Positions 51,694 to 60,682 of a DNA stretch of 64,000 nucleotides are shown here, one piece after another. Under the pieces are notes generated by a model that did no database searches, was not told the origin of the DNA, and saw only the letters and a list, made by a program, of their open reading frames with translations. How positions within the stretch are numbered: position 1 is the first letter of the stretch; each line of letters starts with the position of its first letter. The position numbers and the translations under genes are program-made. The DNA is taken from positions 756 through 64,755 of the forward strand of contig CALRDW010000004.1 of assembly GCA_943355025.1 (NCBI GenBank), given 5' to 3'. The DNA is from Candidatus Magasanikiibacteriota bacterium (GTDB lineage: Bacteria > Patescibacteriota > Patescibacteriia > Magasanikbacterales > 2-02-FULL-50-9b).

Positions 51694-54233
51694 TCTTTCA
51701 ATTTACAGCTCTCGACCCAAACGTAAGCTCCCAAATTTCATTTGACCCGGGACAAATTTCTGGATTGCAAAGCGTCCTCTACGCGGTGCTCGTGCCGCTC
51801 GGAATTTTTTTAGCACTTCTCGCTATTTTGCATCTCATACGTGCAATGCTCCAACACCGCGCAGAACATCTTGCTAGTTTTAATCAGCGCATCATGCTCG
51901 TTACTGTTCCTCACGAGCGCAAAGAAGATGCAAAAAGCGGTGGCGCGGCCGAAGCTGTCAACATCCAAAAAGTTCGTGAAGAGATTGCGGTGATGGAAAC
52001 GCTCTTTGCGAATGTCGGAGGTCTTCTCGCACAGCGCGGACTTAAGGCGTGGCTCATGGGACGCGATGACCAGTTTAGTTTTGAAATTGTTGCAAAAGGA
52101 GGGTTTATTTATTTTTATGTCGCAGCACCAAAAAATCTCAGCACGTTTGTCGAAGAGCAAATCCATGCACAATTCCCTGCTGCAGTAATCGAAGATGTTC
52201 CGGACTATAATATATTCACACCAACTGGCGCGATTTTGGGAAGCTATTTATTCTATAAAAGAAAAAATGCATTCCCCATAAAAACATATAAAAAACTTGA
52301 TTCTGATCCGCTGACTTCAATTACAAACGCGCTTTCAAAAGTTCAAGGCGCTGATGGCGCATGCGTTCAATTAGTTGTGCGTTCGGCTAAACGCGTGTGG
52401 CGCAGAGAAGGTATTTGGTTAGCGCGGGAAATACAGCAGGGCGGCCGATTTGAACAACTTGCAATTCGTAGTGAATTCCTAGCGTTTATTTATCGCTACG
52501 TTTATAAACCAAAAGAACACCCGCAAAAAGATGCTATGGGCGTGCAGTATCGGCTCTCTCCTATGGAGGAAGAGGTCGTAAAGGGGCTCGAAGAGAAAGC
52601 AAGTAAGGCTGGCCTTGACGTTAACGTGCGTGTTGTTGTCTCAGCAGAAGATAAAACGCTTGCACGACAACTGCTCGACCAAATTTGCGGCTCGTTTGCG
52701 CAATTCAATTCATATCATTTCGGGAATAGTTTTCAGGTTGCCGTTCCGTCAGGACAAAAACGAATCATCAAGGATTTTATTTATCGTGTTCTTCGAGAAA
52801 ATCGTTCGATGATAATGAATACTGAGGAACTCGGCTCGCTGTATCACTTTCCGTTGCCAACAACCGACACGCCAAATATTAAATGGCTCACTGCCCGTAA
52901 AGCGCCGCCGCCGAACGATCTTCCAAGTGAAGGCATCAGTCTTGGATACAATGAATATCGTGGCGTCAAAAAACAAGTACGAATGGCAAGCGAGGATCGA
53001 ACGCGCCACATGTACATCATCGGTAAATCTGGTCGTGGTAAATCTGTTCTGCAGGAAATTCTTGCGTCACAGGACATCGCGAATGGTGCCGGAGTGTGTG
53101 TTATTGATCCGCATGGTGATTTGGTTGATGATGTGTTGTCGCACGTTCCAGCAAGCCGCGCAGACGACGTGATTATTTTTGATCCAACAGATATCGAGCG
53201 GCCTCAAGGTCTTAATTTGCTTGAATACGATCCACGATATCCTGTACAAAAAACTTTTGTTATCAACGAAATGATGAAGATCATGGACAAGTTATATGAT
53301 CTTAAATCAACCGGTGGTCCGATGTTTGAACAGTACATGAAAAATTCGATGGCGCTTGTTATGGATGATCCGGAATCTGGTTCAACGCTCATGGAAATTC
53401 CAAAAGTTTTGGCGGATGAAGATTATCGCCGGTATAAATTAACAAAAACAAAAAATCCTGTTGTATACGATTTTTGGACGAAGGAAGCACAAAAGGCTGG
53501 TGGCGAAGCATCGCTCGCAAACATGGTTCCGTACATTACGTCTAAGCTCAATCAATTTGTCGCGAACGACATCATGCGGCCGATTATTGGGCAGCAAACA
53601 AGCGCATTCAATTTCCGCGAAGTGATGGACCAGAAAAAAATTCTGCTTGTGCCGCTGCGCAAAGGTAAATTGGGCGACATTAATGCGTACCTTATCGGTA
53701 TGGTTATCGTAGGTAAAATTTTGATGGCCGCACTTTCGCGAACAGACGCACCAAAAGATCAGCGCCCAGATTTTTATCTCTACATCGATGAATTCCAAAA
53801 TTTCATCACGGATTCAATCGCGACAATCTTGTCTGAAGCGCGTAAATATCGTCTCAACCTTATTGTTGCGCATCAATACATCACACAGTTGACGGGCAAT
53901 GGCGGCGACAATAAAATTCGCGATGCAATTTTCGGTAACGTTGGTACTATGATTTCTTTTACGGTTGGCGCGGAAGATGCAGAATTCTTACAAAAAGAAT
54001 TTGCGCCAACGTTTACCGCATACGATCTTGTAAATATTGAAGCGCGAACTGCGTATGTAAAAATGCTTATCAACGGAACAGCAAGCAAACCGTTTAACAT
54101 GACTGTGGACATGTATCCGCCACGCAACTACGAGCTCGCTGAGGCGATCAAACAGCTCTCACGACTGAAACATGGACGAAACCGCGAGCTTGTTGAGGAA
54201 GAAATTCGCTCACGCACGATTGGACTCTACTAA
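51690..54233 (+). CDS. Membrane-anchored FtsK/HerA/VirD4(TraG)-superfamily P-loop ATPase
   Basis: N-terminal TM helix (LQSVLYAVLVPLGIFLALLAILHLI), about 400 aa of unknown region, Walker A IIGKSGRGKSVLQ, Walker B FYLYIDEFQNF, and a C-terminal extension. Confidence 0.65.
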   Translation: MIFQFTALDPNVSSQISFDPGQISGLQSVLYAVLVPLGIFLALLAILHLIRAMLQHRAEHLASFNQRIMLVTVPHERKEDAKSGGAAEAVNIQKVREEIAVMETLFANVGGLLAQRGLKAWLMGRDDQFSFEIVAKGGFIYFYVAAPKNLSTFVEEQIHAQFPAAVIEDVPDYNIFTPTGAILGSYLFYKRKNAFPIKTYKKLDSDPLTSITNALSKVQGADGACVQLVVRSAKRVWRREGIWLAREIQQGGRFEQLAIRSEFLAFIYRYVYKPKEHPQKDAMGVQYRLSPMEEEVVKGLEEKASKAGLDVNVRVVVSAEDKTLARQLLDQICGSFAQFNSYHFGNSFQVAVPSGQKRIIKDFIYRVLRENRSMIMNTEELGSLYHFPLPTTDTPNIKWLTARKAPPPNDLPSEGISLGYNEYRGVKKQVRMASEDRTRHMYIIGKSGRGKSVLQEILASQDIANGAGVCVIDPHGDLVDDVLSHVPASRADDVIIFDPTDIERPQGLNLLEYDPRYPVQKTFVINEMMKIMDKLYDLKSTGGPMFEQYMKNSMALVMDDPESGSTLMEIPKVLADEDYRRYKLTKTKNPVVYDFWTKEAQKAGGEASLANMVPYITSKLNQFVANDIMRPIIGQQTSAFNFREVMDQKKILLVPLRKGKLGDINAYLIGMVIVGKILMAALSRTDAPKDQRPDFYLYIDEFQNFITDSIATILSEARKYRLNLIVAHQYITQLTGNGGDNKIRDAIFGNVGTMISFTVGAEDAEFLQKEFAPTFTAYDLVNIEARTAYVKMLINGTASKPFNMTVDMYPPRNYELAEAIKQLSRLKHGRNRELVEEEIRSRTIGLY

Positions 54234-54274
54234 AGGCTTGCGCCGTGGCTTCAATCTGATAAGATGGCAGAACT

Positions 54275-55957
54275 ATGGGAGAAACACTGTACCGAAAATA
54301 CCGACCACAAACATTCGAGAGCATCCACGGTCAGGAAGGAATTACAACAACTCTCACCAACCAAATTAAACTTGGACGCATTGCACATGCGTATATTTTT
54401 GCGGGGACGCGCGGCACGGGAAAAACAACTACAGCGCGCGTTTTTGCAAAAGCGATTAACTGTAGAAATCGCGCGGCTGATTCGGCAGAGCCGTGTGGCG
54501 TGTGTTCGAGTTGTGCTGATATTACCAGCGGACGCTCGGTTGATGTAATAGAACTCGATGCAGCGACTCACACTGGAGTTGATATTGTACGCGAACAAAT
54601 TATTGAAAATGCGCGCATGTTGCCAACGCGCGATCCATACAAAATTTTTATCATCGACGAAGTCCACATGCTTTCGACTTCGTCTTTTAACGCGCTCCTC
54701 AAGTCTCTCGAAGAACCTCCCGCACACGTAGTCTACATTCTTGCAACAACAGAACTCCATAAAATTCCAACAACTGTTGCGTCGCGATGTCAGCGATTTA
54801 TTTTCCATCCCCTGTCCCTCGATGTGATGGAAAAAAAATTAACTGACATTGCATTAAAAGAATCAGTTGAGGTTGATGCTTCCGTTATTCGACGAGTGCT
54901 TTCTGTTTCTGGTGGTGCGATGCGCGACGCTGAATCATTGCTCGGTCAATTATTGTCGCTTGGCGGCGCACACATTACAGATACTGATGCGGATTTATTA
55001 TTGCCGCCAACACTTCTTCAAGAATCTTTGAGTTTTATTGAGACGCTCGTGCAGGGGTCTGCTGAAAAAGCATTCGCGCACATCGAACAGCTCTTTGAGT
55101 CTGGTGTTGATTTGCCGTCGCTGCACGATGCCCTCACGCGGCATGCGCACGAGCTTCTCGTCGTTCGCGCAACAAAAGATCTTCCGATTTTTCTAGGAAT
55201 TTTTTCCGATGCGGACAGCGCGCTCATAAAAAAATATGCGGAAACAACAACTTCCGCGTGGCTTGGAAATTTTATTGACCAGCTCCTGGCGAAAAAATTA
55301 CTCTATAAAACAGTGAGCTCGCCGTTCATACCGCTTCACCTTGTTGTAACAGCGCTCACATCGCCCTACACCGAGAAACCACGCGCACCAGTATCCTCTC
55401 AGACGCCCATAGCGCGCGCACCAGCAATAATTGTACCACCTGTAGCTTCTGCCCTACCGCCAACGCCGCAAAACACCCACTTTATAACTTCTATAACGGA
55501 CGAGGCGCGCGCAGAGGATTCCGGAGCGGCTGCTGCACGTGTACCGCAGCAATCACAAACTGTCCCCGGTTCCGAAATAAACGCTACCGAAATTGTCGTA
55601 ACACCTTCTGAACCAGTGCAACCGCGTGTAACTCTGACGCTCGACGATGTGCGGGGCCACTGGGTGCAAACAACGCAGCATATCACCTCAGAAATGCCTT
55701 CGCTCGGAATTATTTTGTCTTCAACACAGCTATGTGACATACAAGCAGGCGTGCTGCAACTCGGCGTTCAATTCCCGATGTACCGCGAAAAACTGCTCGA
55801 TCTCAAAGTCAAAAATAAGATTGAAAACGTCCTTGAGCGGTTCTCGGGAAGCCCTCTTCGATATACGATTGTTGATTGGGAAACAGCTGCAGCAGCTCCG
55901 CAGGAACCCGAGGTTACGGATATTTTAGAGGCGTTTGGCGGCCGTGTTGTTGCATAA
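54275..55957 (+). CDS. dnaX: DNA polymerase III subunit gamma/tau
   Basis: N-terminus YRKYRPQTFESIHGQE, Walker A AGTRGTGKTT, the Zn module CGVCSSC, and SRCQRF sensor 2. Confidence 0.9.
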   Translation: MGETLYRKYRPQTFESIHGQEGITTTLTNQIKLGRIAHAYIFAGTRGTGKTTTARVFAKAINCRNRAADSAEPCGVCSSCADITSGRSVDVIELDAATHTGVDIVREQIIENARMLPTRDPYKIFIIDEVHMLSTSSFNALLKSLEEPPAHVVYILATTELHKIPTTVASRCQRFIFHPLSLDVMEKKLTDIALKESVEVDASVIRRVLSVSGGAMRDAESLLGQLLSLGGAHITDTDADLLLPPTLLQESLSFIETLVQGSAEKAFAHIEQLFESGVDLPSLHDALTRHAHELLVVRATKDLPIFLGIFSDADSALIKKYAETTTSAWLGNFIDQLLAKKLLYKTVSSPFIPLHLVVTALTSPYTEKPRAPVSSQTPIARAPAIIVPPVASALPPTPQNTHFITSITDEARAEDSGAAAARVPQQSQTVPGSEINATEIVVTPSEPVQPRVTLTLDDVRGHWVQTTQHITSEMPSLGIILSSTQLCDIQAGVLQLGVQFPMYREKLLDLKVKNKIENVLERFSGSPLRYTIVDWETAAAAPQEPEVTDILEAFGGRVVA

Positions 55958-55988
55958 CCCGAAGGCTGCGCCGTCCCGTACTCGAAAC

Positions 55989-56017
55989 TTGTAAGGAGCG
56001 CCGCGCTGTGTTATAGT
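55989..56017 (+). promoter_or_regulatory. Promoter of tRNA-Gln
   Basis: TTGTAA (55989-94), a 17-nt GC-rich spacer, then TATAGT (56012-17). Confidence 0.45.
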
Positions 56018-56035
56018 GCTGCCACCTAAATCCAT

Positions 56036-56109
56036 TCCGAGATCGTCTAATGGTAGGACTCCTGCCTCTGGAGCAGGGTATCTAGGTTCGAATCCTGGTC
56101 TCGGAGCCA
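56036..56109 (+). tRNA. tRNA-Gln (anticodon CTG)
   Basis: Acceptor TCCGAGA/TCTCGGA, anticodon loop CTCTGGA, T-arm GGTTCGAATCC, and an encoded CCA. Confidence 0.8.
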
Positions 56110-56150
56110 AAGAAAAAAGCTGATCCTTGTGATCAGCTTTTTTCTTTGGC
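56110..56150 (+). terminator. Rho-independent terminator after tRNA-Gln
   Basis: aaaaaagctgatc / gatcagctttttt stem with loop cttgt, followed by a T-tract. Confidence 0.7.
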
Positions 56151-56416
56151 CTTTGTAGAGACTAGGACTCGAGAAGCGACATGGATCGCGACGAGAGCGA
56201 GATCCTAGTCTCTATGGTATACTTTCTCTAAATAAATGCAACAAACCTCATGCTCCCCAATCCATTTGAAAAACAGCTTCCTGAATTTAAAAATACTGAC
56301 CCTTTAAAAAATTGCGCAGGTTGGTCAAATAATAAAGCATCTATGACGTCAAGTGGACCGTGTCAAGCAACCTCTTGGGACGAAAATTTTGATCTGGCTA
56401 TTGATTAATAGCAGCT

Positions 56417-56965
56417 ATGAACCTTTTTTTACTCCTCCTCGTTTTCAGCATTCTTGTAACATTTTCTATTGCCTCATTCAGCGCTGCACCATGGGTTCCT
56501 GTACATACACGAGACATTGGTCGAATTTTAAAACTCGCGGCAATCGCGCCTGGAGAAATATTCGTCGAGCTCGGCTCTGGCGACGGGAGAACGCTTGCCG
56601 CTGCCGCGCACGCGGGAGCACGAGCAATAGGTTTTGAAATCTCTCTCCTCCCCTACTTAATTTCACGCGTTCGTTTTTTATTCCTCTCCTCAAAAATTCG
56701 GCCACGCATTTTTTATAAAAGTTTTTGGAGTGCAGATCTGTCCCAGGCGGACGTTGTATATTTATTTCTGATGCCCAAAGTTGGAGAAAAATTGGTCAAA
56801 AAACTACGGGCAGAGCTGCGGCCTGGCGCGCGCGTTATCACGTATGTGTGGCCTCTGACAGGATGGACGCCGGAGAAGACGGATGTAATTCAAAACCAGT
56901 TGGCGCTCCACCTGCATGTTGTACCAACGCATTCAGAATCTCTTCAAGTTCCGCCAGTGTCGTAA
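56417..56965 (+). CDS. Class I SAM-dependent methyltransferase with N-terminal TM helix
   Basis: ELGSGDGRTLAAAA is motif I. The N-terminus is hydrophobic (LLLVFSILVTFSIASF). Confidence 0.65.
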   Translation: MNLFLLLLVFSILVTFSIASFSAAPWVPVHTRDIGRILKLAAIAPGEIFVELGSGDGRTLAAAAHAGARAIGFEISLLPYLISRVRFLFLSSKIRPRIFYKSFWSADLSQADVVYLFLMPKVGEKLVKKLRAELRPGARVITYVWPLTGWTPEKTDVIQNQLALHLHVVPTHSESLQVPPVS

Positions 56966-57869
56966 CTTTTACGAGCTGTTCGCGCCATGGTTTGATGTGG
57001 TCGATGCCTTTAAAATACCACGACAAATGTTTTCGAAATGTAACAACGCCGCGCTCACCATATTCGGCAACATGCAGCCGCGCATGCGCAAGAACATACT
57101 GCGCGCGCTGTGCAAGCGTGATTTCAGTTTGCCGTGCGCCCGTTTTTGCAATCTCTTCATACCACTGAAAAAACCACGGGCAGCCGAGTGCGCCGCGCGC
57201 AATTAAAACGCCATCACATTTTGAAATCGCAAGCGCTTCAAAAACTTTTTCTGGTGTGTGAATGTCACCATTGCATAAAACCGGAATTGAAACCTGCTCT
57301 TTTGCGCGCCCGATCATTTCCCAATCAGCAATGCCGCTGTAGCCTTGCGCGCGCGTGCGACCATGAATCGTAACAAGTGTCGCGCCAGCATCTTCAATGC
57401 GTTTAATAAATTCGAGGCAATCTGTTTTATCGCTCCACCCCAATCGAATCTTGACGCTAATCGGTGCTTCGACAGCGCGTTTCATTTCACGTATAATTGC
57501 ACACGCCCGATCTGGATCTTTCATCAAACACGCGCCATTAAAATCTGAAACCAGTTTATACACAGGACAACCCATGTTGATATCGATACCATCCGGATGA
57601 AAATTTTTCTCAACAATCTCAGCAGCTCGCGCCATTGTTAATGGATCTTTCCCGAAAATCTGCTGGATAAGCGGACGCTCTTCTTCGTGGAACGCCGCCA
57701 TGTGAAGAGTCTTTGCAGATTCGCGCACAAGTGCCTCGGACGAAACCATTTCACGAAACACAACGGGCCACCCAAATTGTTTAGCGATACGACAAAATGG
57801 CGAATCTGTCATATCCGCCATTGGTGAAAGCGCTATAATCGGTTTTTTAAGTTCAGCCCAAGAAATCAT
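56838..57869 (-). CDS. dus: tRNA-dihydrouridine synthase
   Basis: ALSPMADMTDSPFCRIAKQFG, a TIM-barrel FMN site (CNGDI), and the catalytic Cys region. Confidence 0.85.
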   Translation of the reverse strand: MISWAELKKPIIALSPMADMTDSPFCRIAKQFGWPVVFREMVSSEALVRESAKTLHMAAFHEEERPLIQQIFGKDPLTMARAAEIVEKNFHPDGIDINMGCPVYKLVSDFNGACLMKDPDRACAIIREMKRAVEAPISVKIRLGWSDKTDCLEFIKRIEDAGATLVTIHGRTRAQGYSGIADWEMIGRAKEQVSIPVLCNGDIHTPEKVFEALAISKCDGVLIARGALGCPWFFQWYEEIAKTGARQTEITLAQRAQYVLAHARLHVAEYGERGVVTFRKHLSWYFKGIDHIKPWREQLVKVTTLAELEEILNALVQHAGGAPTGFELHPSSPASILSEATHT

Positions 57870-57908
57870 GGGGTGAACTCTACCAGAAAAACCCTACCAA
57901 AGCAAGGT

Positions 57909-58064
57909 TTACTCCTCGTCACCCGCAATTGCGTCGTTATCGTCGCCACCAATATCTGTTTCCCCGCCAACAATGTCATCATCCTCACGGCCAAAACCCT
58001 CAAGAGGTTCTTGATCCTTAAATACGTCTGCCTCATCGTCTTGTGTGTCATCTACAGTCAACAT
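57909..58064 (-). CDS. Small highly acidic protein (51 aa, not in the supplied ORF track)
   Basis: Translating the minus strand myself gives MLTVDDTQDDEADVFKDQEPLEGFGREDDDIVGGETDIGGDDNDAIAGDEE. It fills the gap between dus and the methyltransferase. Confidence 0.35.
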   Translation of the reverse strand: MLTVDDTQDDEADVFKDQEPLEGFGREDDDIVGGETDIGGDDNDAIAGDEE

Positions 58065-58165
58065 ATTTTTATATTATTGTATTGGTTAAATTTGATGATA
58101 ACAAACTTTTTTTCGTCATGCAAAATTTTATCCACACGTGTGTCGCCCAAACAAATCTTCGTACA

Positions 58166-58894
58166 TTATTCGGCGCGGAGTTCCCAAAAAATATTCAACG
58201 CATCATCTAGCTTTGCTGAATTAAAATTTCGGTCAACTCCCTCAAGTCGAATAACGCGCCATCCTGTTTTTTCGAATAATGCTCGCAGTTCATCGAGCTC
58301 AAACGCGTGACAGTAGCGCGATTCGTCAGCTCCGTGCGTTTTCCATGGCACATGCACATCGCCCAAATCATACCCCGCTCGTGGCGCCGCAAGTTCAGCA
58401 GCTAAGCCGTAGCGCCCCTGAAAAACTGACCCGCGCAGATTCCAAACAGAGCCAATAAACGTTGCACCCGCTTTTGAAATCGTGTGAATATGACGGAGCA
58501 ACTGAAGACGTAGATGCTCGCTCGGCGTGTGGTGTAGCACGGCCATCATAAATATCACATCGAACTGGTGTCCGTCAAATGGCATGTCAAACATGCTGAA
58601 ATTCACAAAGCCGAGCCAGCCAGCGGCAACGTCCTCAGCGTTGTTTTTACGGGCAATTTTGACGAGTTCAGCCGATCCATCGAGGCCAATCATGTTGATA
58701 CTCGAGGAGCGGAGTGCTGCAGCAAGTCGCCCGTTGCCACACCCAATATCTAAAACAAGGTCTTGAGCCTTGACATAGTGGCTGAGTGCAGTAAAATCCT
58801 GTGATGTGGTTCGATTATCGTCAAAATCGACCGCAATACGGTCGTATAAACGGCTGGTTTGGCGTACAATAGAGTCTGCCATTTCATGAGTCAT
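58166..58894 (-). CDS. Class I SAM-dependent methyltransferase
   Basis: VLDIGCGNGRLAAAL is motif I. About 240 aa. Confidence 0.7.
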   Translation of the reverse strand: MTHEMADSIVRQTSRLYDRIAVDFDDNRTTSQDFTALSHYVKAQDLVLDIGCGNGRLAAALRSSSINMIGLDGSAELVKIARKNNAEDVAAGWLGFVNFSMFDMPFDGHQFDVIFMMAVLHHTPSEHLRLQLLRHIHTISKAGATFIGSVWNLRGSVFQGRYGLAAELAAPRAGYDLGDVHVPWKTHGADESRYCHAFELDELRALFEKTGWRVIRLEGVDRNFNSAKLDDALNIFWELRAE

Positions 58895-60640
58895 ATGCTT
58901 GAGCGCTTATGCGCGATTATTATTCAAGAAGCTCTTGCGCGCGGCGTCGCTGATAAGGACACATTGACGCACCTCAAGCGCGAACTTGCTGCAGCAACCA
59001 AAGCCTCGCCTCCTGCGACGGTTGATCTTCGGCGCGCATATTTAAAATTATTGGAGGAAGGCACGATTGAAAAATCTCCACTCCTCGACTCACTTCTGCG
59101 CAAACGCGATGTGCGAACACAAAGCGGCGTTGCCATTATAACAGTTCTGACAAAACCATACCCATGTCCAGGAACGTGTGCATATTGTCCGACCGAGGTT
59201 CGCATGCCGAAGAGTTATATTGAAACAGAACCTGCGGCTCAACGCGCGCTCGCGAACAAATTTGATCCGTATGAACAGGTGATTTCACGCCTCACAACCT
59301 TGGACGGCAATGGTCACCCAACAGACAAAATCGAACTCATTGTTAAGGGCGGCACGTGGTCTGCATACCGCTGGGATTATCAACTGTGGTTTATCCGCCG
59401 TTGTTTTGACGCATGCAATGATTTTGGATCAGACGGCGAGCATAGCATGGATATTGCAATTGTCAAAGCCCATGAATCAGGTAGTTTTGAATACGTTGAT
59501 ACGCCAGAAATGCGAACGCATGATGAGATTTCAAAATTTACAACAAGCGAGCTCGCAAAAATTGAAACGGCACAAATTCAAAATGAGACAGCGCCGAACC
59601 GCGTCATCGGAATGACACTCGAAACGCGCCCAGATTGGGTTCGGCCACACACGATTTGGCAACTGCGCGTTCTCGGCTGCACACGCATCGAGCTTGGCCT
59701 CCAACACACGGACAACAAAATTTTAGAATATATTAAACGTGGCCACACGGTTGAAGATACAATGGAGGCACTGCGGCTTCTGCGTCACGCTGGATTTAAA
59801 GTTGATGTCCATACCATGCCTCAGCTGCCGGGAACGACGCCGGAAAAAGATTATCAAATGTTTGTTGAGTTGTTCGCGGATGAGCGTTTGCGGCCTGACA
59901 TGATAAAAATTTATCCGTGTGTTGTAACACCAACAGCAGAAATTGCTGAGTGGCACGCGGCCGGAACCTACACGCCGTACGACGTCGGCGAACTTATCTC
60001 AATGCTCGCTCGCGTAAAAACCGAACTTATCCCCTATTACTGCCGCATCTCGCGACTCATCCGCGATATTCCAGGAACTGAAATTATCGCGGGCAACATC
60101 ATTACAAATTTACGCGAAACAATTCAAAAACAAATTCATGCGGATGGGCTTGTTTGCAAATGCTTGCGTTGCCGCGAGATTGGTCACGCGATTAAAACTG
60201 ATCCAACGCTGCTCGGCGTTTTTGAAACAGCGACGCTCAATGTTGATGAATATCGTGCGTCTGATGGAACGGAATATTTTTTGAGCATCGAGGATCCGGA
60301 GAGGCGTGCAGTGTTTGCGTTTGCGCGGCTGTATATACCGGACGCGCCGAAAGACAACGACACTGCGGTTAAAAAAATTCATGAGCTGCTCCCAGAAACT
60401 GCAGGCGCCGCATTTATTCGTGAGCTGCATACGTATGGCTTCATGGTTCCGCTTGCGCCGTCGGACACGAATGAACAACAGCATCGCGGCCTCGGAAAAA
60501 GCCTCATTATAGCAGCTGAGGATATTGCTCGTCGCGCCGGCGCGTCACGGATGACCGTTATTTCAGGTGTTGGCGTTCGCGGCTACTACGAAAAAATTGG
60601 TTATCGACGAAGCGGGACGTACATGATAAAATCCCTGTAG
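58895..60640 (+). CDS. elp3: Elp3-like radical SAM / GNAT tRNA-modifying acetyltransferase
   Basis: The Cys triad PCPGTCAYCP is a radical-SAM site, and Elp3-like core blocks follow. The C-terminal GNAT HRGLGKSLIIAAEDIARRAGASRMTVISGVGVRGYYEKIGYRRSGTYMIKSL is a close Elp3 hallmark. Confidence 0.75.
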   Translation: MLERLCAIIIQEALARGVADKDTLTHLKRELAAATKASPPATVDLRRAYLKLLEEGTIEKSPLLDSLLRKRDVRTQSGVAIITVLTKPYPCPGTCAYCPTEVRMPKSYIETEPAAQRALANKFDPYEQVISRLTTLDGNGHPTDKIELIVKGGTWSAYRWDYQLWFIRRCFDACNDFGSDGEHSMDIAIVKAHESGSFEYVDTPEMRTHDEISKFTTSELAKIETAQIQNETAPNRVIGMTLETRPDWVRPHTIWQLRVLGCTRIELGLQHTDNKILEYIKRGHTVEDTMEALRLLRHAGFKVDVHTMPQLPGTTPEKDYQMFVELFADERLRPDMIKIYPCVVTPTAEIAEWHAAGTYTPYDVGELISMLARVKTELIPYYCRISRLIRDIPGTEIIAGNIITNLRETIQKQIHADGLVCKCLRCREIGHAIKTDPTLLGVFETATLNVDEYRASDGTEYFLSIEDPERRAVFAFARLYIPDAPKDNDTAVKKIHELLPETAGAAFIRELHTYGFMVPLAPSDTNEQQHRGLGKSLIIAAEDIARRAGASRMTVISGVGVRGYYEKIGYRRSGTYMIKSL

Positions 60641-60682
60641 TTTTTGACTTAACCTCAGTCGCCATCCGCGCGGCACATTCCT

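Noticed and set aside
57873-58310. 145-aa plus-strand ORF between dus and the methyltransferase
   Set aside because: Low-complexity. It overlaps the 3' end of the well-supported methyltransferase at 58166-58894 and the antisense small acidic ORF. I judge the minus-strand acidic ORF more plausible, but neither is certain.
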